This document shows, piece by piece, positions 51,601 through 63,600 of a stretch of DNA of 64,000 nt. Each line of letters opens with the position of its first letter. Position 1 is the first letter of the stretch. The notes beneath the pieces are model-generated. The model saw only the letters and a program-made list of their open reading frames with translations, ran no database searches and was not told the origin of the DNA. The translations under genes and the position numbers were made by a program. Origin of the DNA: Pavona decussata (taxonomy: Eukaryota); contig CDRNST010000088.1 of the NCBI GenBank assembly GCA_977016875.1, forward strand, positions 248,001-312,000. Direction: 5' to 3'.

Positions 51601-54600
51601 AGAAGTGGTGAGTGGCTTAAATCACGGTTTTTGGGAAAAAGCTGAGTTAGCTTTTCCAAAATGTTTCCTCACAACTGACCGAAGCACAACAATATTGGAT
51701 CGTTTATCAAAGCTGTTGTAACATGTGTTATTGACTAGGGACCCCACGGAATTCCGGGTCCCTGACTGTTTTCTTGGGCCACCCCGCAGACTGTTTTGGT
51801 GGCCATGTTTGAGTTCAGTGCGAGAGTACGTGTTGGACAGTTTTCACTTCGTTTCTTTCTTGAAAATATTTAAAGTTAAGGTTTAGAACTGCGTTAGAGG
51901 CTGATTTACAACAAAAGCGTCATTTTTGGCTTGGCACAATAGTACTACTACACATTGAAAACCAGGATATCCTATCGACACCTGGCCATTGATAAGCCTG
52001 AGATCTGTGCTTTCTCACATGGAAAGGGGTGGGGGTGGGGGTTAAAGAGGCGGGGCCTTGAAAGTCTGACCTTTAAATAAGGGGATGACTGGAGATGGGG
52101 CTGAATAGAGAGGAGACAGGGGGATTAACAGGGCTTTTACAGCATACCCGTGAGGCTGAAGATGATCGTAGCTAGTTTAGTAGTTTGGGTGCTTCCTTTT
52201 TGCAACAGCGGACATTACTGTGATGGTCTCTCATTTGTTATTCTTTTGCCCATAGTTAAAAAATATGACATTTCATATATATTTCATTTCCACTTTAAGC
52301 GACGAAACGTTTCTATATATATCACAAGACAAACGGCAATGTTCTTTGTAGTAAGATTTATTCAGGTAATCAGATATATGTAAGGCCTTGCGTATGACTA
52401 CTGGCGTGGTCAGCGTGCATTCTTTCCGGCTCATAAACAGAAAAGAAAATATACCTATGACAGGCTAACTATTCACACAAAAACGTACTTCAGCAAGAGA
52501 AAATGACACTATTCAAACAGTTTACCAGCAGCTATTATCTACAATAATTCCCGATGAACTGTTTCAAAAGCGGAAAAACATAAGTTTGAATCCTCTGACA
52601 ATTTGAAGAATCAGTTAAGTCGATGCGTGCACGCTTTTTAAATATTTTTTCATTCCACCTTCAGCTTGAAATCAAATCATCGGAGTTATCTTTATTGACT
52701 CGAATCACTCATAAGAAGTGGTACCCCAAGATAGCACAAAGGAGACTTGTTGCTGCCACAGTTGAAGAGGTTATAGATAACATGCTGGTAGCTATGCCAA
52801 AAATGAATAGTTTGGAGGCGATCCAGGATATCTGTGAAGAGTTCAAGAACGTTGAAAGGTAGGGGAGATAGCAATTTCTACAATGAACAAGCATACAACA
52901 AATAAGAATATTATGGTTGGCCCTATGACGGAAAAAAGCAACAGAGGTGTTTTCAGTTGGCCCTATTTTTGAATAAGAACATATAGTTATGCACAAAATT
53001 TCTCGTGTTAGAGATTTATGAGGTTACCGGTATACAAATTGAATACTGAATATCGGTGTGTGAGCAAACGATTTGCAGATAATTCTCCAAATTTACCCGT
53101 AACACGACAGAAATCCACGATTTAGTCAAATTCCTGAAGATGGCCAGTCGAACCGGACCTAATATCTATTCAAACCATAAAAAAACTCTTTTGGCATACT
53201 TAAAATCCCCAGTTCATTGTGGTGCGTCGGTGGTATGGTGGCCATTTTCCTGAATTTGCCAAGAATCTTTTTTAATATCTTTAAATCACTGATTTGCCCT
53301 TATCATCAGTGTAACAAGCAAAAAAGAGGTTTCAGGTCAAAAACTCATCTGATTGAAAGATTGAACCCGTTAACTCAATACTCCGTCACTTTAAAACGTA
53401 TCTTGAATCGACTTATAACATTAACAAAGAGAAGAAAAATTGACGAGCTGAATTCTTAAAATTCTAAATGTAAATTCTTGCCCGACATTAGCTTGTTTTC
53501 TATATCATATAAAAGAGTTACATTCTCTCAGTGCTGTTTGATAACTTTATTTTTAATGTCAACTATGTTCTTTGTCAATTCTTTTTGCACACTTGTCTTT
53601 CTCTTTTAACTTCTCAACATGACTTTTCTACGGAAGAGAGTTTGGTATTCCAGAAGACAAAAAGGTACAAATGCAAAATCAGCTCATTAAACTGAGTTAT
53701 CACAAGGATGCCGAAACCCGTCGGGCAGGAGTCTGGGCTCTAGGCGAGATGGAAGTACAGCGTCACGATGCTCACCTGGCTGTCGTGCGCAGACTCATAG
53801 ATAATGACGAGAAAACCAGAGAGGAGGCTAAAACTGTTCTAAAGAATCTGACAGGTATCAACATAAGACTGGTAAATTAGAAACGTTAAAACGTCTTGCC
53901 CAAGAGGTACGAGACGAGTACTTTGTGATACTGGGATCATCGTTACCTTTTTCTTTTGGATAGAGCAGTTGCTTTGGCCTTACTTTGCTTCGCTTATGAT
54001 TGGTTGGCAAAGACAATTTTGCATATTTTGTCAACCAATGAGAAGCCAAACCAACACCAACCGTGTCTTATCGTGTCTTGGTCGTACGCGTTTTCCCGCG
54101 TTTTACGCCGGCTACATTTGATTGGTTTATTGCGCCGTTTACTTCGCTTGTGATTGGTCAAAGTATTTACTTCGTTTTTGTTTTAACGGAATTCAATTTA
54201 AAACCGCTCTGATCTAGTTGTTACTGACCATTCCCACTGAATGATTTTTGGATAATTTTTGGTTATTAAAATGATTAGCAACTGGGGCTGATGGATATAG
54301 GAAATATTTGTAGCGGGAAAAGATTTACACTACTCTTGTGAAAGCGATTAAACCATTGAAGGTCACCCTAAACAGTCCTTCTCAGGACTACAATCACCCG
54401 GATGATCATAATTTACGTACTTATTACATGACTCCTGGGTTCAAACCGTTTACGGTTTGAAGGGATTCAGAACGTAAATTCAACAAAGAGTGGCATTCGA
54501 CAAGTTCAATGGCGTCGATCTGTCGCACATAGCACATTTTGCACAATTGCTTTCTATTACATTATTAGGTGTAGACACTATGGAAGGACTAACCAACCTC

Positions 54601-57600
54601 TTGATGGACATGGGAGTAGTTCATTTCAACCTCCCTTGTAATGACAACGCCGTCTTACTGGAGCTGGCGGCTCGACTCAGACGAGAAAGAGAGAAAAAGA
54701 AGGCAAAAATGACAGACATGGCAGATGATGAGGAATCTCTCTTGGACGATCTGAGGTCTACAATGAGAAGAAGGCCATTCAAAGCTAAGCTCAGACACCC
54801 CAAAACCATGGTAAAAGACATTACAACAGTCTACGATATGTGTATGGACGAGTCAGTAACCTTGGGGCCGGATTTACTTAGCCTAATGTTTAAAAAAATT
54901 CCTTTGATCAACAGCTTAACTTTCTTGGCAAAGTGTTTTCTGAAGCACAGTACGGTTAACGGCCAGATACCTCTTCCAGTTCGATATTTAAGAGAAATAC
55001 GTGCTCTGGGTACAAAATTCCTTCAATCAAATTAAATCAATCGCTTCCAAAATGAAACGTGCATGCCTGCATCCCACTCACCGCATTAGTATGCTGGAAA
55101 CAAATTAGAGAATACCTCACAGAGACTTGATGAAAACCAATGGTTTATTATTGCGAAATTTGTGAGACCGTGCTATGGGAGATAAAATTTTTCAGGTTGA
55201 AAGAAAATTTCTTTCTAGCAATGTAGTTATCAATTGGTTTTGTATCTGGTGGTTTTGAGATTTTTAAAAGAATTTTCTTATTTTCTTCTCCACAACAGAA
55301 CAGACGGTTGAGGAATACTCCCAGAAGTGGCCACCGCAGGCCTTCTATTTTAGACGAGCCAGCATCCCTGTCAAACACAGACAGGCTTAAGAATACCCTG
55401 AAAAGATCAAAGTTTGGCTGCAAGCTGCTGCAGAAAATGCAGCCTTTTAGACAAGACATTATCCCAGGCTACACTCCGCCGTCAAGCAAAGAAATGGAAA
55501 TTGGGGTAAGATCAGTTTTGTGGATTTCGCTCGTAAGAGTATCATTGTTGGTCACTCAGGCAGTCTGCCACAGTGTTGAACATTTAAAAGCTTTTTAAAG
55601 ATTAAAATCATTGATTTTTGGCTTTTTTTTACGAATTTGAAACCAGACTGAGATCAGAAAAGAACTTATTGCCCAATGTTAGGTTATTTTCACGAATTTG
55701 AGGCCAAAAGGGAGTGAACGTATCTCTCCATTTTTGACTATTTTCACGCTTTTATATAAAGGAAAATACAGGGAGATGTAAAGAATCAACCATAAGAGGA
55801 CACAGAAAAAATCTGAGCCCCAGATGGAATTCGAACCTACGATCCTCCGTGTTCTAGATCGGATGCTCTAACCTCTGAGCTACTGAGGGCAAGGGTCATT
55901 TTTGTGGGTTGGAGTTACAAACCGCATCACGCGGTCACGCGGTCACGCGGTCACGCGGTCCATCACGATTTTGAGACCAGAAAAATTAGAACTATGTTTT
56001 ATTTTTGTCTATTTTTCCCGAATCTGAGACAGAAAGAATTGAACTTATTGCTCGATATTTAGCTTTTTTAACGAATTTGGTCCAAGAAGGAGTGAACTTA
56101 TTGTCCGATTTTTTTGGCTATTTTCACGGATTTAAGACTAGAATGGATTGAACTTCTTGCTCGATTGTTTGGTATTTTCTTGAATCTGAGACCAGAAAGG
56201 AGTGCACTTATTGCTCGATTTTGGCCTAATGTCACGAATTTGAGTCCAAAAATCATCGCGCGCAACTAGTAGCAGTAAAGGTGTATACCGTTATAGAAAT
56301 CATCACCATACGATCCTAAGCATCGTACAGGAATCGAACAGAAAATTTTGTACTTTTGAAGGGATAAAATGGAAGGCAGTTGAGGTTTACTCAACTAAAT
56401 GACTTTACAGCAAACGAACACAGCTGATTTGCAATTAGGTCAACACACACCAGCGAACCGAATTCGCCAAGAAAACAACTTACGAAGACTGAAGCAAAGG
56501 TTGTTTCAGGTCGATTTTCCGGAGAATCCGTGATTGAATACTTGTCTTCCAATAGCCTCAATACATCAGAAATATCTTAGGCGAATCTCTTTCTATTCTT
56601 ATCTAGCGGTAGAGTTTACCGAACGCCCATATTTTCGACATTATTGCTGGTCTGTCTACATTTTCTTTCTTTGTGTTGAGTCACGTATGTTAATCCATTT
56701 TAATTATGTCAATTTCTTTGCATTAATTATTCTATTGCTTCTTTTCCTGTTGGTTAATAACGATGACGCCACTCGCTTCTGATTGGTTTGCCATCAAGCT
56801 ATTGTTATTTGCCTATATAAGTGGGACACCACCCGGATGGTTTGGGCGGAATCAGTAAACCTGACACACAGCATACAGAATCAACCCTCCTCTTTTGTTA
56901 TTCATAGAACCCAATGATTTCCATAGTACATTACTATGCAATACGCAATACAATGATCTTTCCATCCAATCACGCTTCAATAAAACAAAACACAAAACAA
57001 CACGAGACAAGGACAACAAAATAGGACACAACGCAAGCATAACAAAATGACAAAACATTCCTACTCAACACAACACAAGAAACAAAAAACAAAGAAAACA
57101 TACCTACTTAACAAAACACTACACAACACCAGAGAATACAATAGGACAAAAGACTAGACAACACAACATATAATGATACGATACGGTACGGTGCGATGCG
57201 AAGCGATACTCAATTTAAAATCCGGACACTGCTTTTCAAAATGTTTTGGATGTCAAATGTTTCATAAGGATTTCGAAACCATTTTAGTTTCCTCGCAACA
57301 GATCTGTCTCTTGCTCGATTTTTTCACGGATATGAGACCACGCCGGTTTTTCTTACGAATTTGAGGCTAACAAGGAGTGAATTTACGGCTTCATTTTGGC
57401 CTTTTTCACGGATTTTAAACGAACTTAGGTCTTGATTTCTAGCTATTCTCACAAATTTGAAACTAAACAGCAGTGAACTTCTTGTTCGATCTCTGGCTAT
57501 ATTCAGCCAGAAGTATGAACTTTTTGCCCGATTTTTAGCTATTTTGACAAATTTGAAGACTAGAGAAAATTGACTTATTTCCCAATTTTTGCCTATTTTC

Positions 57601-60600
57601 GCGAATTGGAGTCCAAAAAGAGTGAACTAGTTGCTCGATTTTGCTATTGTCACCAGTTTGAGACTCGAAAGGAATGTACTTATCTCTCGATTTGGGAGTA
57701 TTTCCTCGATTTTGAGACAGAAAGGATTCCATTTTTGGCCATTTCCACAAAGTTGAAAGGAGAAAGGAAACATCTTATCTCTCGATTTTTGGCTATCTTC
57801 CTGAATTTGAGACAGAAACTGGATTGAACTTATTACTCCATTATTGGTCATTGTCAAGAATTTGACAGCAGAAAGGATAGAACTCATCTCTCCATTGACT
57901 TTTGGCTATTTTCATGAATTTGGGGCCTGAAAGGAATGAACATATCTCTCTATGTTTTTCTATTTTCACGAATTTGAGAAGAGAAAGGCAGGAACTTCTT
58001 TCTCGAATTTTGGACATTTTCGCGACATTGAGACGAGAAAAAGTTCAACTATTGCTCGATTTTGACGAACTATTTTCACGAGACCAGTGATGAGTGACCT
58101 TATTCATCGATTTTTGTCTATTTTCCCGAATTTGAGACAGGAAGGATTGAACTTATTACTCCATTTTTGGCCATTGTCATGAATTTGACAGCAGAAAGGA
58201 TGCTAGAACTCATCTCTCGATTTTTGACTATTTTTATGAATTTGAAAGGAGAAAGTTATGAACTTATCTCTCGATTTTTGGCTAAATTCCCGAATTTGAG
58301 GCAGAAAGGATTAAACTTAAGCCATTTTCACGAATTTGAGAACTGAAAGGAATAAACTTTTTTCTCGATGTTTGGTAATCTTCAAGGAATTTAAATCAGC
58401 AAGGAATGAACTTATTGCGGATGTTTAGCTATTTTCACTAATCGTTGAAACAAGATTGGAGTGAACTTATATTCCTTGATTTTACGCCATTTTCAAGAAA
58501 GTTTACACAAGAAAAAATTGAGTTATTGCTCGGTTCTTGGCTATTTTCATGAATGAGTGTACAGACAGGACAGAACTTAATAATTCATTTTTGGTTATTT
58601 TTTACGAGTTTGATACCAGAAAGGGAAGACATTATTGCCCAATTTTAGGCTATTTTCACGAATTTGAGAGGAGAGAGGAATTAACTTATCTCTTGATTTT
58701 TGGCTATTTTCACGAATTCGAGACCAGAAAGGAATGAACTTATCTCTAGATTTTTGGCTATTTTTACGAATTTGTAGAAGGGAAAGCAGTGAACTTCTTC
58801 CTTTTCCTTTTACGACATTGAGACCAGCAGAAGTTCAACTTGTTGCTCGATTTTTGGCTATTTTCGTGAATTTGTGAACAGACAGAACAGAACTTTTATA
58901 AAAACACAGATTGTGCTGCAACAAATAACAAACTTATTTTTGAAAACATTGATATAGATACGCTGATTTTAACTTCTAGCTCTACTGTTAATCTCCAATT
59001 CCGTCATCCAGCTTTCCTATGCAAACTTAAGGGGAAATGTTATCAGCTTAACACACTAATGATACAGAATGTCTGGGATTGTTGTTGCTCGCTGAGCGGC
59101 CTGTTCAAGTATTTTAAGACTTTGTGCACTACGAATTGATATTTGTAATTCGTAATGAACAAAATCTTAAAATACTGGTCAAAGACTGGGATTATGGCTT
59201 GATATAAACGCCGTTTATCTGAAGTACTTCCATCTTCACTCAATTTCATGAAACCAGAACATATTTTTTTGTTGTAGTTGTTTTAATTTTTTGTCAACAT
59301 ATTATCTAAATCCTTGAAAGTTTTGAACTAGAGAACATCAAGTTAAGAGCAACTCGACAAGACTCTGTAATATGGAAATCAAAGTCGGTAGCAACAGTTG
59401 ACAAGCAGGAATCAATGTCGTTCTCTTATTGTCTGGAGCAGTCTTTCAATTAGCGAGAACACGCCAGCCAGAACGGTCAGTTCGTGAACGGAGTGCGCCA
59501 TTTTTTAAGGTTGGGATCTACAAATTCTTCAAAATTGCATAATCACAGAAATGTATGTGCCATTTTCAAGGCGTTCGAGTAACTGGCGTTTAACCAAGCC
59601 TTTAGTTAAAATTGGGAATTCTGTTCACGAAATGACCAGTCTGGCCTGCCATTTCTGACACGGAAAGCGCCCTTAGCCAACAATTTGGTGGCACGCAGAG
59701 CCGGTGATTGACCAATTGAACGTACTGAACAATGTACCACATGACACTACTTGGAGATCTTGGAGTGACTAATTAAAAAAGTCATTTTACATAGGCAACG
59801 TGGTCTAGCGGTTAGCTCGCCAGATGCAATCTAGGGGAACGGGTTGTAGTCGCGCTCTAACCACTTGGATTTAATGTTTCACGGCAGCCCCCTAGGTCAT
59901 GCTTAGTAAATCTCCGCGTGTTCTGTCTCCACCAGCTGTGTTTTTTAATAGTACTATGTTCAGCTTTTCGTATCTCGTTCAGTAATTTAGTCTCCCGGCT
60001 CAATTAGCACTGCATTGCTAAGTACCTTGACACTGAAATAAAGGTATCATCATTATTATCATTGCTCAAACAAGATTCATTTCTTTTTTCTTTCTTCTTT
60101 CTTTCCTTTTTTTGTTTTTGTTGTTTTTTTTTTTTTTTGCTGCTGCTACTGCTACTGCTTAGGGCAGTCCACAGGCTGAGCACGACGTAACTGATAAAAT
60201 ACAGCGAGGTAAGAAAACTGAGTAACGAGTTCGTTTGTTTGGGTGACGTGCAAAGGAATCTAAAACCTTGTCTGAACAAGGTTGCGTAGTGTAAACAGCG
60301 TTGTAGATGATAAATGTTGACGTAGATGTAGATAACTTATCTGGTATTTTCGTGTTTTTATATCCTGCGAATATTTTCCATGTACAATGTTTTAACTGGT
60401 AAGTTCTTCTGGGAGAAACTGTAGAATTATAGTTCTTGATCTTTTTTTTGATCTTCGTATTCATCAGTAAAAACACTAGAATCTTTGGTTTCTATCATTG
60501 CCTGGTTAAAACCGAGTTAAAAGTAATGGTCAGGAAGGTTTTCTTTTGCGGGAGCACCACCTCGAAATGTTAATTACCTCAAAACATTTGAAACAATGGG

Positions 60601-63600
60601 AAACTGCTTTATTTTGTGCATGTCATTCAAAGTGAAAAATAAGGCCAGATAACGTACGCAATAGAAAATAATGTTAAGTAATAACGTAGCAGGGGCGCAT
60701 CAAAGGAACGGAATGATTTAGCTCCATTCCTTCCTTCAGAAAGATGCAAGAATTTGAGAACAAATGTCTATTTCTTGGTGTAAGCAGCATAGCAGTAGTA
60801 GGTGTTTGTTTTCGTCGGTAATCATTCCAGAAGGATAAGGGTTATTTTACTCTTATTATTTTTCGACTCCGCAGACTGTTTGGTGATCTCAAGTGATAGA
60901 GAGACTGTTAAATCTTTGGAAAGTGCAGACGACAGAAAAGAAATTGACACCGCCGTGGACAGTCCAGGTAATTTAGCGATTCCGTGGATGATCGACTCAG
61001 ACTCTACAGTTTTCATTACAAGTTAAACTTTGCCTGCCACCAAAAGGCAAGTCATTGGCGACAAGAATCAAAAAACAACTTTTCAAGCGTTTCTGAATTT
61101 CTAACGTCCAAAAGTTCAAATGTCCAAATAAATAGGCATTCCAGCATTAAATGTCCAATCGTGTATTGTATTGCATTGTATTGTATTGTATTGTATTGTA
61201 TTGTATTGTATTGTATTGTATTGTATTGTATCACATTATTGTACTTAAATTTGTAACTGAGGCTTCAGTCGTATTAATTGCACTGCCATGATAAGTTGCC
61301 TTTCTGAACAAAAAAATTGATGGTAGGTAAATTAGAAATCAACATCTTCCATGTTATCTGGATTCTCGGAGACTCAGCTAGTCGAGTGAAAGGGAAAATC
61401 CTTTCCCCCGACTAATATAAATAGCTTCTGGCTCTCCGGGGACGTGTTATCTGTCGATTTTTTTTTAAATTCCTTTCAACATTGTGGCCTCACACCGATT
61501 TGTAACACCCAGGAACCGTGTTGCGTCAGTCACCTGATATGTACTCAAGTTTAAACTTAGCCTTTTCGTTTTGTACATACTCACATCAGATCGCAACAAA
61601 GGAAGGACACAAGAATGTCTGACAAGCCCTATTTGGATTGAACAAGAACCCAGACAAGGGCCATGCCAAAAGTTCATCGATGATAAAGCTACTACCCAAG
61701 CTTCAGACAACCAAAGCTTAGGACTTCTATCTCTACCGCAAGTCTTCAAGGTGATGGACTGCTTGGGATTAAACCGACGAAAAGCTATGTTACTGCTGCT
61801 CAAAATGAAGCGTACCAAAAGGATCATTCCACTGGCAACAGTACAGGAAGATAATACTACTCAGGAGTATTACAGTGTAGTGGATTTAATGGACCTAATT
61901 TGTCAGCTACCTCCATTCGATGAAGTGCTGGAAAATTTAGCGCGAAAGGCTTCAAGGAGTAAAGGGGAGATCTTGCTGAATATGCGAGGTCTTTTTCGCT
62001 CTGAATCTTTGAGTGTCATTGAAAGGGGAGACTACGCTGTCATAAATGGTCTTGGAAGACTTCCTTTGAGGTATCAAGAACTTCTATTAACGCTCAGAAA
62101 TGAAGTGCTTCGGAACATCGAAGGATTGTTTGGAAACGCAGAATCGTTGGCGTCAGGTAGAACTGGGGTGGCGAGGAAATTCAATAGTGTCGTTGAAGGC
62201 ATCCTCGGGTTCTGTGCCATATTGGAGCCTGATACGGAAGACGAAGATCTGTTTTTCTCTGATCCATCACAGGAAACGTGGGGGCAATACATAGGCCCAA
62301 GGACATCACTACAGATTGATACTGCTAGGCAGGTTGGTTCTAGTCTACGAGCATTCCCTTATTTTTCTTCGGGATAGTAAAGCGAGCGAACCGTGTGAGC
62401 GCGCAAAAAATTGCTTGCTGCGAGGAGACCAGTTCAGACGCCATCAGGTGAGCCCGTGAGCCCAGTACATGCAGCGGTCACTTTCGTTAGATAACGTTGA
62501 TGATGATGACCCGACGCTTTATATTTCCTTGATTGAAAGGTAGATAAGCATTCTCTGTGATGGGTCTACCCGCGTCAGGCGTCGCCTTTCTAAGGCGATG
62601 TAATAACTGTTGGTTTTAAATCATGATATTTGTATCAATTTTTAGTTCAAACTGGGTGCTGTCTTGGTTATCGTATGTTTGTTGTCGTCATTGGCTATCC
62701 TCCGTGCGACAAGTAAATCCTGAGCATTGCAGCAGTATTGTTCTGACCAATTTTATAATAAGGTCTTCGACTTCATCACAAAGGGCGAAGTTTTCATTCT
62801 TTTGCAATGTTTCCTAATGTCATTTTTTTAATAGAAAAAGGATGAGGACATTCTGCCAATTTTTGTTCAGCCATCACTTCAACATTGTTTGGGTCCAGGC
62901 ACTCACGGCCAACGACTGCTCAAATCCACGATAATCAGAGCAAAGACGCTTAGTGACTCCCGGCTGCAGTCTTCACGGCAAACACAGGACTTTGTAGTCA
63001 CGTCACTCCCACATAGGCTGTCTATTCACACAGGTGAAGCTTTCATATTCTTCTTCTTTTTTTAATTTTTGTTTTGTTAATTAGGAAAGCAGCTAATTGA
63101 TTCATCTAAGCGGCCGTGAATGAAATTTGAATGGAAACTTCCTGGTGATGCCATAACCAAGTTGCAAGAAGGCAAGGCCTTGGTTTCCAAAAGCGTTTTT
63201 CCGATAATCATTCCGAAATGTCAGAGGTCTGAATTTGGCCATTTTTTTAAAAAATTTGATCGTTCTACTTTCATTTGCTAGCAAATAATATATACAAAAA
63301 TACTCTCTGAATAGATCAGGTGACCTCCCAGCTGCTAAGGACCTGGGGCTGGCTTCAAGAAGCCCTCCTAAGTTAAGAAATGTCCTTAGTATTGTTTGTT
63401 TGTAATTACGTTTTGTTGCCATAACAATAGACATTTGTTAAGAAAGAATACTCAGGATATATCTCAACTAAGAAGGCCTTCGTGACGGCATTAGTGTCAC
63501 GACAAAAAGAATACTGCTATTGATCAAAATGCGTCACGTGACGCAACATGCCCCAACTAAAACTGTGACATGTCACATGATATTCCTCAGTTTTCAAAGC

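Noticed and set aside
55800-55890. Fourth tRNA gene
   Set aside because: It has A and B boxes but no proper acceptor or anticodon stems; a SINE head.
57300-58895. Regular repeat array as CRISPR, or its ORFs as coding
   Set aside because: No unique spacers or cas genes, and the context is a eukaryotic intron; ORFs arise from the 54-bp (18-codon) period with scattered stops and indels.
62333-62377. TAG at 62375-62377 as the end of the WDR87-like gene
   Set aside because: It lies in a repeat also seen at about 5711-5810; the donor at 62333 joins in phase to an open exon at 62835.
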